A stretch of 64,000 nucleotides of DNA, from assembly GCA_047602905.1 (NCBI GenBank), contig JBLKOP010000002.1, forward strand, positions 79,381 through 143,380. Direction: 5' to 3'. The position numbers were made by a program, and so were the translations under genes. Shown here piece after piece: positions 9,728-18,391 of this stretch (position 1 is its first letter; the number at the start of each line of letters is the position of its first letter). Source of the DNA: Candidatus Woesearchaeota archaeon. Lineage in GTDB: Archaea > Nanobdellota > Nanobdellia > Woesearchaeales > SKIA01. The notes below the pieces were generated by a model. The model saw only the letters and a list, made by a program, of their open reading frames with translations. It was not told the origin of the DNA and did no database searches.

Positions 9728-10474
9728 TTATATATTTGTTGGGTTGTTGTTTAGGTATTGTTCTGCTAGTTTATTTGTGTATTTGGTTAGTTCTTTGTTG
9801 ATTTTGTGTAGTTGTTTTCTTGTTGGTAGCGTTTGTCGTATCCTCCAGGCTTCGTGTATTGGGTGTTTTGTTTGTTCTCGGAGTTCTTTTACGAGTTTGT
9901 TTCTTTCAAGAATGTAGGGTTTGTTTTGTAGTTGTAGTTCTACTCGTGCTAGCTCGAAGACTATTTTGTGAAAGTCTTTTAGTGGGTAGGGCTCGTTTTG
10001 TTCTTGTAATTGTTTACTCATCTCTTTACTTACTTCTATGAGGTGTTGTAGTTCTTGTTTTAGCGGCATTGCTTGCGGGTACGTACTAAAATTTATTTGT
10101 TGCTTGCTAAGTAGTTTGAAGTGTTTTAGTCGTTGTACGAAGCGCTCTGGCTTAATGAATTGTAGTATTGGCTCTATTGGTTCTTGCTGTTTCCTAAGAC
10201 TTTTCTCTGTAAATATTCGTAGCCTACTCTCTATTGCTATATTGTTTTTTTCTAAGTACTCTTCTAGTTGTTTGTTAATTGTTTCTTCTTGTTTGTACGT
10301 CTCATTGCTGCGTACAATTGCAAAGAAGTCTATGTCGCTAAACTCATTTCTTTCTTTGTTATCAAGTATTGTTCCTCCAAGGTATAAAGCGACGAGTTCT
10401 TCTTTAATGAGTTGTTGTAAAATGAGTTGTTTACAAGCAGTTATTGTTGTTTGTATTTGTTGTTCTGAGAGCAT
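9728..10474 (-). CDS. Pol-beta-type nucleotidyltransferase, AadA/ANT(3'')-like (NTase plus helical C-terminal domain)
   Basis: LYLGGTILDNKERNEFSDIDFFAIV matches the GS...D-x-D NTase motif in AadA-like order. The ~250-aa size and helical C-terminus match the ANT(3'')/DUF4111 architecture. Confidence 0.5.
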   Translation of the reverse strand: MLSEQQIQTTITACKQLILQQLIKEELVALYLGGTILDNKERNEFSDIDFFAIVRSNETYKQEETINKQLEEYLEKNNIAIESRLRIFTEKSLRKQQEPIEPILQFIKPERFVQRLKHFKLLSKQQINFSTYPQAMPLKQELQHLIEVSKEMSKQLQEQNEPYPLKDFHKIVFELARVELQLQNKPYILERNKLVKELREQTKHPIHEAWRIRQTLPTRKQLHKINKELTKYTNKLAEQYLNNNPTNI

Positions 10475-10578
10475 CTCTTTTGTTGTTCTCTTCTTGTTAT
10501 TTAATGATTTCTTACGTAATTGTTCTAATCAGCTTTTTTTGGTTGTTTTTTTATAGGTGTTCGTTTCTTTGTTGTGTT

Positions 10579-11280
10579 ATGGATGTATTGTTTGTTCTTC
10601 TGATTTTGTTTGTGGCTTTTTATTTGCAGTCTGTTGTTGGTTTTGCTTCTGGTCTTGTCGCTGCTCCTTTTCTCATTCTTTTTTTGTCTTTTCCGGAAAT
10701 GGTTTTTTTATTATCGGTTATTGGGTTGTTTTTTGCTTCGTATCAAGTTCCTAAAGTTTTTTCTTCTGCTCATAAGCGTATGTTGTTGTTTTTGTTTCCT
10801 TCATTACTAGTTGGTATGTTTTTTGGTGTTCGTAGCCTTGCTGTTTTTTCTCGGAGCACTCTTGAGTTGGTGTTGGTTGCTGTTATTGTTTTGGGGTTGT
10901 TCTTGATTGTGTTTCGTTCTCGTATTCGTTTGCCTGAGTCTGCTGGCGTGATTGTTGGTTTTCTTGGAGGATTTTTTTCTGGCTCAGTAAGTGTTGGTGG
11001 TCCTGTCTATGCTTCTTATATTGATTCACAAACTTCTTCTGTTGTTGCTCGCTCCACGCTTATTGTTTTGCTTGCTCTTGTTGAATTCTTTAAGCTTTCT
11101 ATGCTTGTCTTCTCTGGGTTTGTAAGCTCATCGATTCTTGTTACTGCATTACTTGCTGTTCCTGTTGTTTTCTTAGCGATGTTTCTTGGTAACAAAGCGT
11201 CTGGATTACTTTCTCAGCGAGTCTATCATGCTAGTGTTTTTGTTCTTGTACTTCTTGCTGCTGTGTTAGTTATTATGTAG
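10579..11280 (+). CDS. TSUP/TauE-SafE family anion exporter (membrane permease)
   Basis: Two internally repeated 4-TM halves with VGFASGLVAAPFLILF and FLGGFFSGSVSVGGPV, diagnostic of the TSUP family. Start taken at ATG 10579 rather than the longer T-rich upstream extension. Confidence 0.7.
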   Translation: MDVLFVLLILFVAFYLQSVVGFASGLVAAPFLILFLSFPEMVFLLSVIGLFFASYQVPKVFSSAHKRMLLFLFPSLLVGMFFGVRSLAVFSRSTLELVLVAVIVLGLFLIVFRSRIRLPESAGVIVGFLGGFFSGSVSVGGPVYASYIDSQTSSVVARSTLIVLLALVEFFKLSMLVFSGFVSSSILVTALLAVPVVFLAMFLGNKASGLLSQRVYHASVFVLVLLAAVLVIM

Positions 11281-11308
11281 TTAGAAAAATATTATCAAAA
11301 ATATTTTT

Positions 11309-12019
11309 TTATTCTTTGTACATGCTGTTTAGTTGTGCTAGTTCAGTCATAAGTGGCTGATACATTGGACTTTTTGTGAAGTCTTTTTCAAAGTGTTTGC
11401 TTTCTACTAGCTCGTCTATTGCGCTGTATATTTTGTTCGTGAGTGGGCCTTTGTCTTTACGAAACTCTGCTAGGTTGTCTCTTATGTCTATTAGTTGTCC
11501 TTTTGTTCGTAGATCAAGTGTTGATATGTGTTTGTCGTTTGCAGATTTTCCTCCCATTCGTATTGCGCTTGCTATTGTTTGGTAGTCTGTAAGAAAGCTT
11601 TCTGCTTGTTCTTCTAGTATTTCTTGTACTTCTTTAGCGTTTATACTTTCTAAACCGTTTCTTTGTTTGGCTATTGACGCAACTGTTTTGTCTCCTCCTA
11701 CTCCAAAGAAGTCTGTTAGTTCGTATTTTGGTGAGATAATTGTATCTTCTGGGTTGTGTATACTTCCTGTTGCGTAGAACGTTGGGTCTAGTATTGTTGC
11801 TGTTGCTAAGTCGTATGTTGTTTCTTCTTCGTATCCAGGGTTTTGCCATCCTTGTATTCCTACGGGTAGGTTGTGTATTCCTTTGTAGTCGTTTACGCGA
11901 ACTACTAGTGATTCTGAGGGCATTGATTCTTCTGGTGTAAATGAGTTGTTTAGTATTCTTTCTATGTCTTCTGGGCTTATTGGTTTGTTGTTTAGTGTTT
12001 GTATGTTCATAAAGAACAC
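11309..12019 (-). CDS. Hypothetical protein, 236 aa (start uncertain, possibly the MNIQ... Met 4 codons in)
   Basis: ORF only. Divergent from trmB. Confidence 0.45.
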   Translation of the reverse strand: MFFMNIQTLNNKPISPEDIERILNNSFTPEESMPSESLVVRVNDYKGIHNLPVGIQGWQNPGYEEETTYDLATATILDPTFYATGSIHNPEDTIISPKYELTDFFGVGGDKTVASIAKQRNGLESINAKEVQEILEEQAESFLTDYQTIASAIRMGGKSANDKHISTLDLRTKGQLIDIRDNLAEFRKDKGPLTNKIYSAIDELVESKHFEKDFTKSPMYQPLMTELAQLNSMYKE

Positions 12020-12122
12020 CTCCTTGTTATTACTGTGTAGTGGTTTTATGTTTATAAATATTATCCCTTCACTAGGGAGGAGAAATAATTATGTTTATAA
12101 ATTGCTATTCATATGTCTTCGT

Positions 12123-12878
12123 ATGGATGCTCAGAAGCTTCAAGAAGTAGGTCTTACAGAAGGAGAAAGCAAAGTCTACTTAGCTCTCTCAGAACTAAAA
12201 GAATCAACAACAGGAGATATTATTCAAAAATCCGGTGTTTCAAGCTCTAAAGTCTACGACATCTTAGAGCGACTATCAAAAAAAGGCCTTGTAAGCATCC
12301 AAATAAAAAATAACACCAAACACTTTCAAGCAAAAGCTCCGCAAAGAATACTTGATTTCTTACACGTACAAGAAACTGAGCTTAAACAAAAAAAGCAGCA
12401 AGCAAAACAGCTCATCCAAGAATTACAAGCAATCCAAAGCAGACCACAACAAACACAATACGCAGAGATACTGCAAGGAATACAAGGAATAAAGACGTTT
12501 CTTGAATATTTCTTACAAGAACTACAAGCAAACGACACAATGTACATCATTGGAGCAAACAAAGAATCAATTGATCTCATGGGAGAGTACTTCAGCGAGT
12601 GGCACACTCGAAGAGTACACAAAGAAGTCACATGCCTTGCAACGTACTTACCAGAAGCAACAAGCAGAGCACGTTTTCGTAAACAAACCCCTCTTACCCA
12701 AACACGCATACTTCCTAAAACCATGAAAGCACCAGCGTTTTTTGTTATTGGACGAGACATATCAAGCACGTTCATATTCGGAGGAAGCCCGCTATGCATC
12801 GTAGTAAAAAATCAGCAAGTAGCACAAAGCTATGAAGAATACTTCAAGTTGCTTTGGGAGCAATCAACACCTCCATGA
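12123..12878 (+). CDS. trmB: TrmB-family sugar-responsive transcriptional regulator
   Basis: N-terminal wHTH LTEGESKVYLALSELKESTTGDIIQKSGVSSSKVYDILERLSKKGLV is canonical for TrmB. An SD-like GGGAGGAG and a 13-codon uORF lie upstream. Confidence 0.75.
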   Translation: MDAQKLQEVGLTEGESKVYLALSELKESTTGDIIQKSGVSSSKVYDILERLSKKGLVSIQIKNNTKHFQAKAPQRILDFLHVQETELKQKKQQAKQLIQELQAIQSRPQQTQYAEILQGIQGIKTFLEYFLQELQANDTMYIIGANKESIDLMGEYFSEWHTRRVHKEVTCLATYLPEATSRARFRKQTPLTQTRILPKTMKAPAFFVIGRDISSTFIFGGSPLCIVVKNQQVAQSYEEYFKLLWEQSTPP

Positions 12879-12954
12879 TGAAGCTGTGTACAAACAAATG
12901 TTTTTTCTAGTTAGTAACGCAAGTTATTTTGCTTATCAAGTCAATTATGGTTGT

Positions 12955-13452
12955 TTATTGATTTCTGTAGTTTGGTATTGGCATCTCATCCATTTCTTTC
13001 TGTAGCTTTCTGATTCGTCCGATGCGTTCATTCATTCCTTCTAGGTTTTTGTTTAAGTCGTGTAGCTGGTTGAGGTATCCGAATACTTCATCTCGGCTCT
13101 CAAACAGCGCGTGGTATGAATCGACTAATTCAAGAAACACTTCTTGCATGTCTGAGGGCATGCCTGCTTTCTCTAATTCATTGATGTATTTAATTGTTTC
13201 TTGTGCTGTTTGTGTTATTGATAGTGTTGTTTTGTATGTTTCTTGTAGTTCTTCTTGTTTTTCTTCTGAAAAATCGTTGTATACTGTTTGTAGGCTGTCT
13301 GCCTTTTGTTGCCAGTAGTCTGGTGTTCTCCAGGCAGGCTCGTCAGGAGAAGTTTTGTTTTGAGCTTGTGCTACTTTTGTTTCTAGTCCTCCTGTGAGTC
13401 CTATCATTGCTGCTCCTGCAACTGCTTGTTTCCATAACGAAGGCTTTTTCAT
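12955..13452 (-). CDS. Hypothetical secreted protein (signal peptide, helical and acidic)
   Basis: N-terminal MKKPSLWKQAVAGAAMIGLTGG is signal-peptide-like. Confidence 0.45.
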   Translation of the reverse strand: MKKPSLWKQAVAGAAMIGLTGGLETKVAQAQNKTSPDEPAWRTPDYWQQKADSLQTVYNDFSEEKQEELQETYKTTLSITQTAQETIKYINELEKAGMPSDMQEVFLELVDSYHALFESRDEVFGYLNQLHDLNKNLEGMNERIGRIRKLQKEMDEMPIPNYRNQ

Positions 13453-13559
13453 GATACTACTAAAAAGTAGTAATTATATTTAAATGTTGTGGATTTCTCA
13501 ATAAATACGAACTGTTCTTAAGAAACTAATGTTAATAAACACCTAAACTAAAAAACTAT

Positions 13560-14183
13560 GTGATGAAGCTGTACTTATCCTCTTACAAAATAGGTAATGA
13601 AACAAAAAAATTACAAGAACTAGCTGGAAAAAAGAAAATAGGATACATCTCAAATGCTTTAGACTTCTCAGGAGTTGATCTTACTAAAAGAAAACAGCAC
13701 ATCCAAAAAGATATTTCTGCACTAACAGAACTCTCCTTAGCTGTTGAAGAACTTGACCTTAGAGACTACTTCGGAAACAAACAAGCGTTACTTACAAAAA
13801 TACACGAACTAGGAGGTGTTTTTATTAGCGGAGGAAACGTTTTTGTCCTACGACAAGCAATAAAGCTAAGTTTTTTAGACGAAATACTTCTGCAGCTACA
13901 CAACAACAAAGAATTTCTTTACGCAGGATATAGCGCAGCAGGATGCGTTCTATACACAAACCTCAAACCATACCAGATAGTAGATGACGCAACACAAACA
14001 CCCTACAAAGAACAAAAAGAAGTAATTTGGCAGGGTCTTGGAATACTTCCGTATGCTTTGTTACCTCATTACAAATCAGACCACCCAGAATCAGAAGACA
14101 TTGATAAAGAAGTACTGTTTTGCAAGCAAAACAACATCCCGTTTAAAACACTACAAGATGGAGAAGTACTTATAATTGAATAA
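13560..14183 (+). CDS. Peptidase S51 family (dipeptidase E / cyanophycinase-like)
   Basis: ISGGNVFVL and nucleophile context AGYSAAGCV, in a ~200-aa fold. Confidence 0.65.
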   Translation: MMKLYLSSYKIGNETKKLQELAGKKKIGYISNALDFSGVDLTKRKQHIQKDISALTELSLAVEELDLRDYFGNKQALLTKIHELGGVFISGGNVFVLRQAIKLSFLDEILLQLHNNKEFLYAGYSAAGCVLYTNLKPYQIVDDATQTPYKEQKEVIWQGLGILPYALLPHYKSDHPESEDIDKEVLFCKQNNIPFKTLQDGEVLIIE

Positions 14184-14230
14184 TACTTTTTTTAGTCTAC
14201 AAAGACTTTTTATATGTTAGATTATACGAG

Positions 14231-14713
14231 GTGTTTGTGAATATACGCGTAGCAAATAAAAATGACTTAGATAAGCTAACAAACATATTTATTGATTTTA
14301 AAGAAGAACTAACTGCGTATGAGCCTGAAGACATAAAAGTGTTTAGAAGAAATAAAAAGCCGTTTTCTTTAATTAAACAAGCAGTAAGTAAAAAAATAAC
14401 TGATACAAAAGGAATGTTTTTACTTGCAGAAGAAGGTAATCAAGTAATTGGTTTTGGGTTTGCTACACTAAAAGAAAACGATCACGTTGTTTTCAAAACA
14501 GTTAGGTACGGGTTTATTAATAATATGTGGGTGCATAAATCCTACAGAGGAGAAGGTATTGCTTCAAAGATAAAAAATGAATTATTTTCTTGGTTTAAAA
14601 AAAATAATTGTGGTTACGTTGAGCTTTCTGTTCTTGATACAAACCCTGCAAAAAAGATGTATGAGAAGTGGGGTTTTGAGGTAACACTTACTTCAATGAA
14701 AAAAGTTCTCTAG
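14231..14713 (+). CDS. GNAT family N-acetyltransferase (GTG start)
   Basis: Acetyl-CoA binding motif RGEGIASKIKNELFSWFKKN and a C-terminal YEKWGFE. Confidence 0.7.
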   Translation: MFVNIRVANKNDLDKLTNIFIDFKEELTAYEPEDIKVFRRNKKPFSLIKQAVSKKITDTKGMFLLAEEGNQVIGFGFATLKENDHVVFKTVRYGFINNMWVHKSYRGEGIASKIKNELFSWFKKNNCGYVELSVLDTNPAKKMYEKWGFEVTLTSMKKVL

Positions 14714-14720
14714 GCGTTGT

Positions 14721-15140
14721 TTACTTATCTATTGGATACCAATAAAAGATGTGTTTCTCGTCAAACGCGAAGTATTCTCTTACGCTTCCTACTTCTTCAA
14801 AACCGTTTTTTTCATAGAACTTACGAGCCCAGGTTGTTTGGCTTCCTGTGTTCACGCTTATTCCTCGCACACCAAGTTCTTGGGCGTGTTCTTTTATTTT
14901 GTTCATGAGTTGTGTTCCTATCCCTTCTCGGCGATACTTTTCTCGTGCGAGTATCCAATTGATGATGAGTCGATCACCACTTTTTTCTAGTATTGTCCAT
15001 CCAGCAAGCTCTTTTTCCTTAAAGCACAAGTACTTTGTGTAGTGGTCGCTTGTGAAGTACTTTATTCCTTCGTCGATTCCTTCTTGTGCGAGGCTTTCGC
15101 GCACTAACTCTAAGTCTTCTGGTTGGTATTTTTTTATCAT
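14721..15140 (-). CDS. GNAT family N-acetyltransferase
   Basis: RREGIGTQLMNKIKEHAQELGV and YEKNGFEEVG motifs A/B. Confidence 0.7.
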   Translation of the reverse strand: MIKKYQPEDLELVRESLAQEGIDEGIKYFTSDHYTKYLCFKEKELAGWTILEKSGDRLIINWILAREKYRREGIGTQLMNKIKEHAQELGVRGISVNTGSQTTWARKFYEKNGFEEVGSVREYFAFDEKHIFYWYPIDK

Positions 15141-15244
15141 GAAACGTTTTTTAGTGAGTTTTTCTGCTGCTTGATTTATTATTGTATCTATAAAAATAAT
15201 TATTTATTGTTATCTTTAAATACTTCACTTTCTATTTTGATATA

Positions 15245-15724
15245 ATGAGCGTAGAATTATTTCATAAAAAGTACTCAGAAGACATATGTGCTTTGTTAAA
15301 GGAATTCTTGGAGTATACTAGAGAAGCATATAGTGTGCAAGTTCTTGAATTTGATAACTATATTGATTCAAAACAAGATACGTATGCTCAAGAACTATTA
15401 AGTTCTTTTGTTGAACTAAAAAAATCAAGATTCTTAATTGCACATCATAATTCAGAAGTAGTTGGATACATTGTTGGTTCTATTGAGAAGAAGCCAAATA
15501 AGGTTATGAAAAAATCTGGTTATATCCATAGTTTTTTTGTTACAAAAAAGTACAGGGGTGCAGGTTTAGGTAAACAGTTATATGATTCGTTAGTTGATTG
15601 GTTTAAGAAACAACGTTGTGATCATCTCGAATTAAGTGTTTTTGATGGTAATCAAAAAACTATTTCTACCTATAAAAAATGGGGTTTTAAAGAGAATGCA
15701 ATAAAAATGAAAAAGAAACTTTAA
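15245..15724 (+). CDS. GNAT family N-acetyltransferase (paralogue of 14231..14713)
   Basis: RGAGLGKQLYDSLVDWFKKQ and YKKWGFKE, the same architecture as the first GNAT. Confidence 0.7.
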   Translation: MSVELFHKKYSEDICALLKEFLEYTREAYSVQVLEFDNYIDSKQDTYAQELLSSFVELKKSRFLIAHHNSEVVGYIVGSIEKKPNKVMKKSGYIHSFFVTKKYRGAGLGKQLYDSLVDWFKKQRCDHLELSVFDGNQKTISTYKKWGFKENAIKMKKKL

Positions 15725-15922
15725 GCCTAAAAAAGTGATTTTTTCTTAGTAGTTTTTAACAGTAATTTCTTTTACAAAACACTACTCTTTGCAAACACAT
15801 ATTTTGTTTTATTGTAAGCTATAAAAATTATCTAATACGATTTTTGTTGGCGTTGCTCCTTGCAGTATGGTGTTGATGTATGGCGTTATTGCTTGTGGCT
15901 TTAATATTGATTTTTTTGCGTC

Positions 15923-16165
15923 TTATTCTTGTTCTGTTTGTTTTGGTAGCCGTCTAAGCATTCTTGTGTCTATTGGTCCGAGTTGTACATCACACATGTG
16001 TATGTTCTTTGTGCTTTTGCTGTTGTGCGATTTGGTAAGGTTGTGTAGTGCTGCAAACACCATACTCATATACGGAGCTGCTGGTAGCCCATTGTCTACG
16101 CTTTGCCCTGATAACGTAAGTATTTTACCACCATCATTAAGTTTGTTCTTAAGTGCTTGTGTTGT
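15923..16165 (-). pseudogene. Remnant of a short-chain dehydrogenase/reductase (C-terminal ~85 codons, no start, catalytic Lys lost)
   Basis: Minus-strand translation ...NDGGKILTLSGQSVDNGLPAAPYMSMVFAALHNLTKS...NIHMCDVQLGPIDTRM matches the SDR GG-I-N-SS / YxxxK / PGxIDT block order. The YxxxK Lys is replaced and no upstream N-terminal half exists. Coordinates are approximate by about 20 nt. Confidence 0.4.
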
Positions 16166-16192
16166 TGCGTATGTGGTTGTTATTAAAACATA

Positions 16193-17092
16193 TTATTGTA
16201 TGAAGTACTCGTTTACTAGTTTTTGTAGGTTGTGTATTACTTCTTTTTCATTAATATCTAGTTGTTTTTGTTTCACGAGTCCTTCTAATAAGTTGCTTTC
16301 CGGAAGAACAAGCAAATTATTTGCAGGTAATTCTTGATGGTATTGGTTGTGTCTGTCTATAAGTACATATCCTTCTGGTTGTTGTTCTCGGTGTTCTTCG
16401 CTAGTGGTTTCTATGGGGGTGAATCTTTCTGTTCTTTCAATAAGGTTTTTGAAGTGTTTTGAAGCAATGATGTCGTTTATTCTTCTTGCTGCAGGAGTGA
16501 TTTCTGAGTAGTAAATGTCTTCAGTTACGCTTCTTAGTTCGCCGTTGTATTGCTCTTGCATGATGTTTTCTAACTTATTTTTTTCTTCTAGTTCGCGTTC
16601 AGAAAGATATGTGTCTGCAAGACTGTTTAGGGAGCCCATGTGGTCTGCTAATTGTTCTTGTACGATATATATTGGTTCTTGTGGTTTTCTTACTTGAAGC
16701 TGATTGAATATATCTGTGTAGAACTGATCTGATTCTTCTTGTATGTCAAAGCGTATTTCTCTCTCTTGCTTATTGTCTGAGGTTAATGCAATGGTGTATG
16801 CTGTTGTTATTATTGAGTCAAGTTCTTCTAATGGTATGTCTCCTTTTGGTTGTCGTTTTATGTCTACTCCATTAATCCATGGTTTGGTTGTGTTGTCTGT
16901 TATGAGTATCTGGTTTTCTAGTTTGCTTCTGTTTTCTTCATACCACTTCGCGATTTCTTCTTTTCCTGTTTCTTTTTTGAATGCGTGTATACTTACAGGG
17001 AGATTGTTTTTTGTAAATTCGTTTTGTATTTCTGGTACGAATCGTTCTAGTAGTTCGTTTGTTCGGTAGATTATGTTGATGTTTTGTTTCAT
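16193..17092 (-). CDS. Hypothetical protein, 299 aa, acidic
   Basis: ORF taken from the internal Met MKQNINIIY, giving an ATGA overlap with the upstream small ORF. No family recognised. Confidence 0.45.
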   Translation of the reverse strand: MKQNINIIYRTNELLERFVPEIQNEFTKNNLPVSIHAFKKETGKEEIAKWYEENRSKLENQILITDNTTKPWINGVDIKRQPKGDIPLEELDSIITTAYTIALTSDNKQEREIRFDIQEESDQFYTDIFNQLQVRKPQEPIYIVQEQLADHMGSLNSLADTYLSERELEEKNKLENIMQEQYNGELRSVTEDIYYSEITPAARRINDIIASKHFKNLIERTERFTPIETTSEEHREQQPEGYVLIDRHNQYHQELPANNLLVLPESNLLEGLVKQKQLDINEKEVIHNLQKLVNEYFIQ

Positions 17093-17286
17093 GTTCTTGT
17101 GTGGTATGTGCTTGTATTTCCTGTTGGTCTTTCTCCTACCCAAGTTATTTTTGGTGGTTGTGTTGGGAATTGACTCATGTATGTTTGTATGTTTGTGTCT
17201 AGTAGGGGGTTTAGTTGGTATTCTTCTTTGATGTCTTTTAGTGCTGTTTGTTTTGCTTGGATAACCAAGGGAGTGTATTTTTTCAT
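17089..17286 (-). CDS. Small hypothetical protein, 65 aa, translationally coupled to the 299-aa ORF
   Basis: Starts right after an AT-rich promoter region. Its stop overlaps the next ATG (ATGA). Confidence 0.35.
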   Translation of the reverse strand: MKKYTPLVIQAKQTALKDIKEEYQLNPLLDTNIQTYMSQFPTQPPKITWVGERPTGNTSTYHTRT

Positions 17287-17374
17287 AACTAATAAGTAGT
17301 TACTAAAATATATAAATCTTTCTCTTAAAAAAATAGAATAATATATAAAATATAATTATTATATCATAAATAAT

Positions 17375-18325
17375 ATGAAATTAGACAAATATTATCGTAA
17401 TATCTTGTTTTCGTTAACAAAAAACGCTCGCATACCTCTTAACGAACTTGCTAAACTAATCAATTTATCTCCTTCAACAACTGCGTACAGAATACAACAA
17501 CTCCAAGAAAATAACCTATTAGAAAACACTTACGCAGTACTTGACCTTTACAAACTCGGCTTTGTAGGATACAGAGCTTACATAACCTTTCAAGCAACCA
17601 CTCCTGATCAAGAAGAAGAAATTCTTTCTTGGCTTCAAAAACAAAAACAAGCAGCTGTTCTGTTAAAAACAACAGGAGACGTTGATTGCGTCTGTATTAG
17701 CTGGACAAAAACAGACCTTGAATACTACTCGTTCGTACAAGAACTCAAAGAACACTACCAAACACACATTAAACACATAGAAATAACCTCTTACATCAAA
17801 GCACATCACTTACAAAGAAACTACTTACTAGACGAAGACGACCAAGAAATACTCACGATAGGAAACACCCGAGAAATAGTAGAACACGACCAACTAGACC
17901 TACAAATACTTCAGCTCCTCGCAACAAACGCTCGTATAAGCGCACTAGAAATAGCACAACAACTAACTATACACGCACAAACAGTAATTAACCGCATAAA
18001 ACGCTTAGAACAAACACAAGTAATAGCAGGATACAGCTGCAGTATTAATACACAACAACTACAGCGAATCTATGAAAAACTCAATTTTGTTTTCTCAAAG
18101 AACACAAACCACCAAGAACTCCTCAGCTACGCAGCAAGCATTCCTGAAAGCATCTACGTTGATGAAGCAACAAACCAATACGACTTAGAGCTAAACATAG
18201 AAGTCTCCTCAACAGCAAGAAAACACGAGATACTAAACGACATAAAAAACCGTTTCGGAGGAGTACATCACTTCAGTCAATTCTCAACAACAGGATTTAG
18301 AAAAATCGTTTATCTACCTGTATAA
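17375..18325 (+). CDS. Tandem Lrp/AsnC-family transcriptional regulator (two HTH plus RAM units in one chain)
   Basis: Two HTH_AsnC-like segments (ILFSLTKNARIPLNELAKLINLSPSTTAYRIQQLQENNLL and ILQLLATNARISALEIAQQLTIHAQTVINRIKRLEQTQVI), each followed by a RAM-like domain. Confidence 0.7.
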   Translation: MKLDKYYRNILFSLTKNARIPLNELAKLINLSPSTTAYRIQQLQENNLLENTYAVLDLYKLGFVGYRAYITFQATTPDQEEEILSWLQKQKQAAVLLKTTGDVDCVCISWTKTDLEYYSFVQELKEHYQTHIKHIEITSYIKAHHLQRNYLLDEDDQEILTIGNTREIVEHDQLDLQILQLLATNARISALEIAQQLTIHAQTVINRIKRLEQTQVIAGYSCSINTQQLQRIYEKLNFVFSKNTNHQELLSYAASIPESIYVDEATNQYDLELNIEVSSTARKHEILNDIKNRFGGVHHFSQFSTTGFRKIVYLPV

Positions 18326-18391
18326 CTTGTTATTACATAAAACCATCTGTAGACGAAACCTTTATAGCTATACCAAAACCTTGCATATCTT

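Noticed and set aside
10038-10556. Cys/Ser-rich 172-aa ORF, and the long 5-prime extension of the TSUP ORF (10444-10578)
   Set aside because: Antisense to the NTase gene and T-rich low complexity. The TSUP start moved to ATG 10579, where the conserved N-terminal motif begins.
12091-12153. A 20-codon uORF behind a strong SD (GGGAGGAG) upstream of trmB
   Set aside because: Too short to call as a gene. It might be a leader peptide, but there is no evidence beyond the SD.
15867-16337. 156-aa Cys/Ser/Leu-rich + strand ORF
   Set aside because: Lies across an SDR pseudogene remnant and the 3-prime end of a minus-strand gene. Composition is typical of non-coding read-through.
16193-17286. Possible frameshifted single gene (the 65-aa and 316-aa ORFs overlap by 55 nt in the track)
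   Set aside because: Using the internal Met (MKQNINIIY) of the long ORF gives a clean ATGA stop/start overlap, so these are two coupled genes and not a frameshift.
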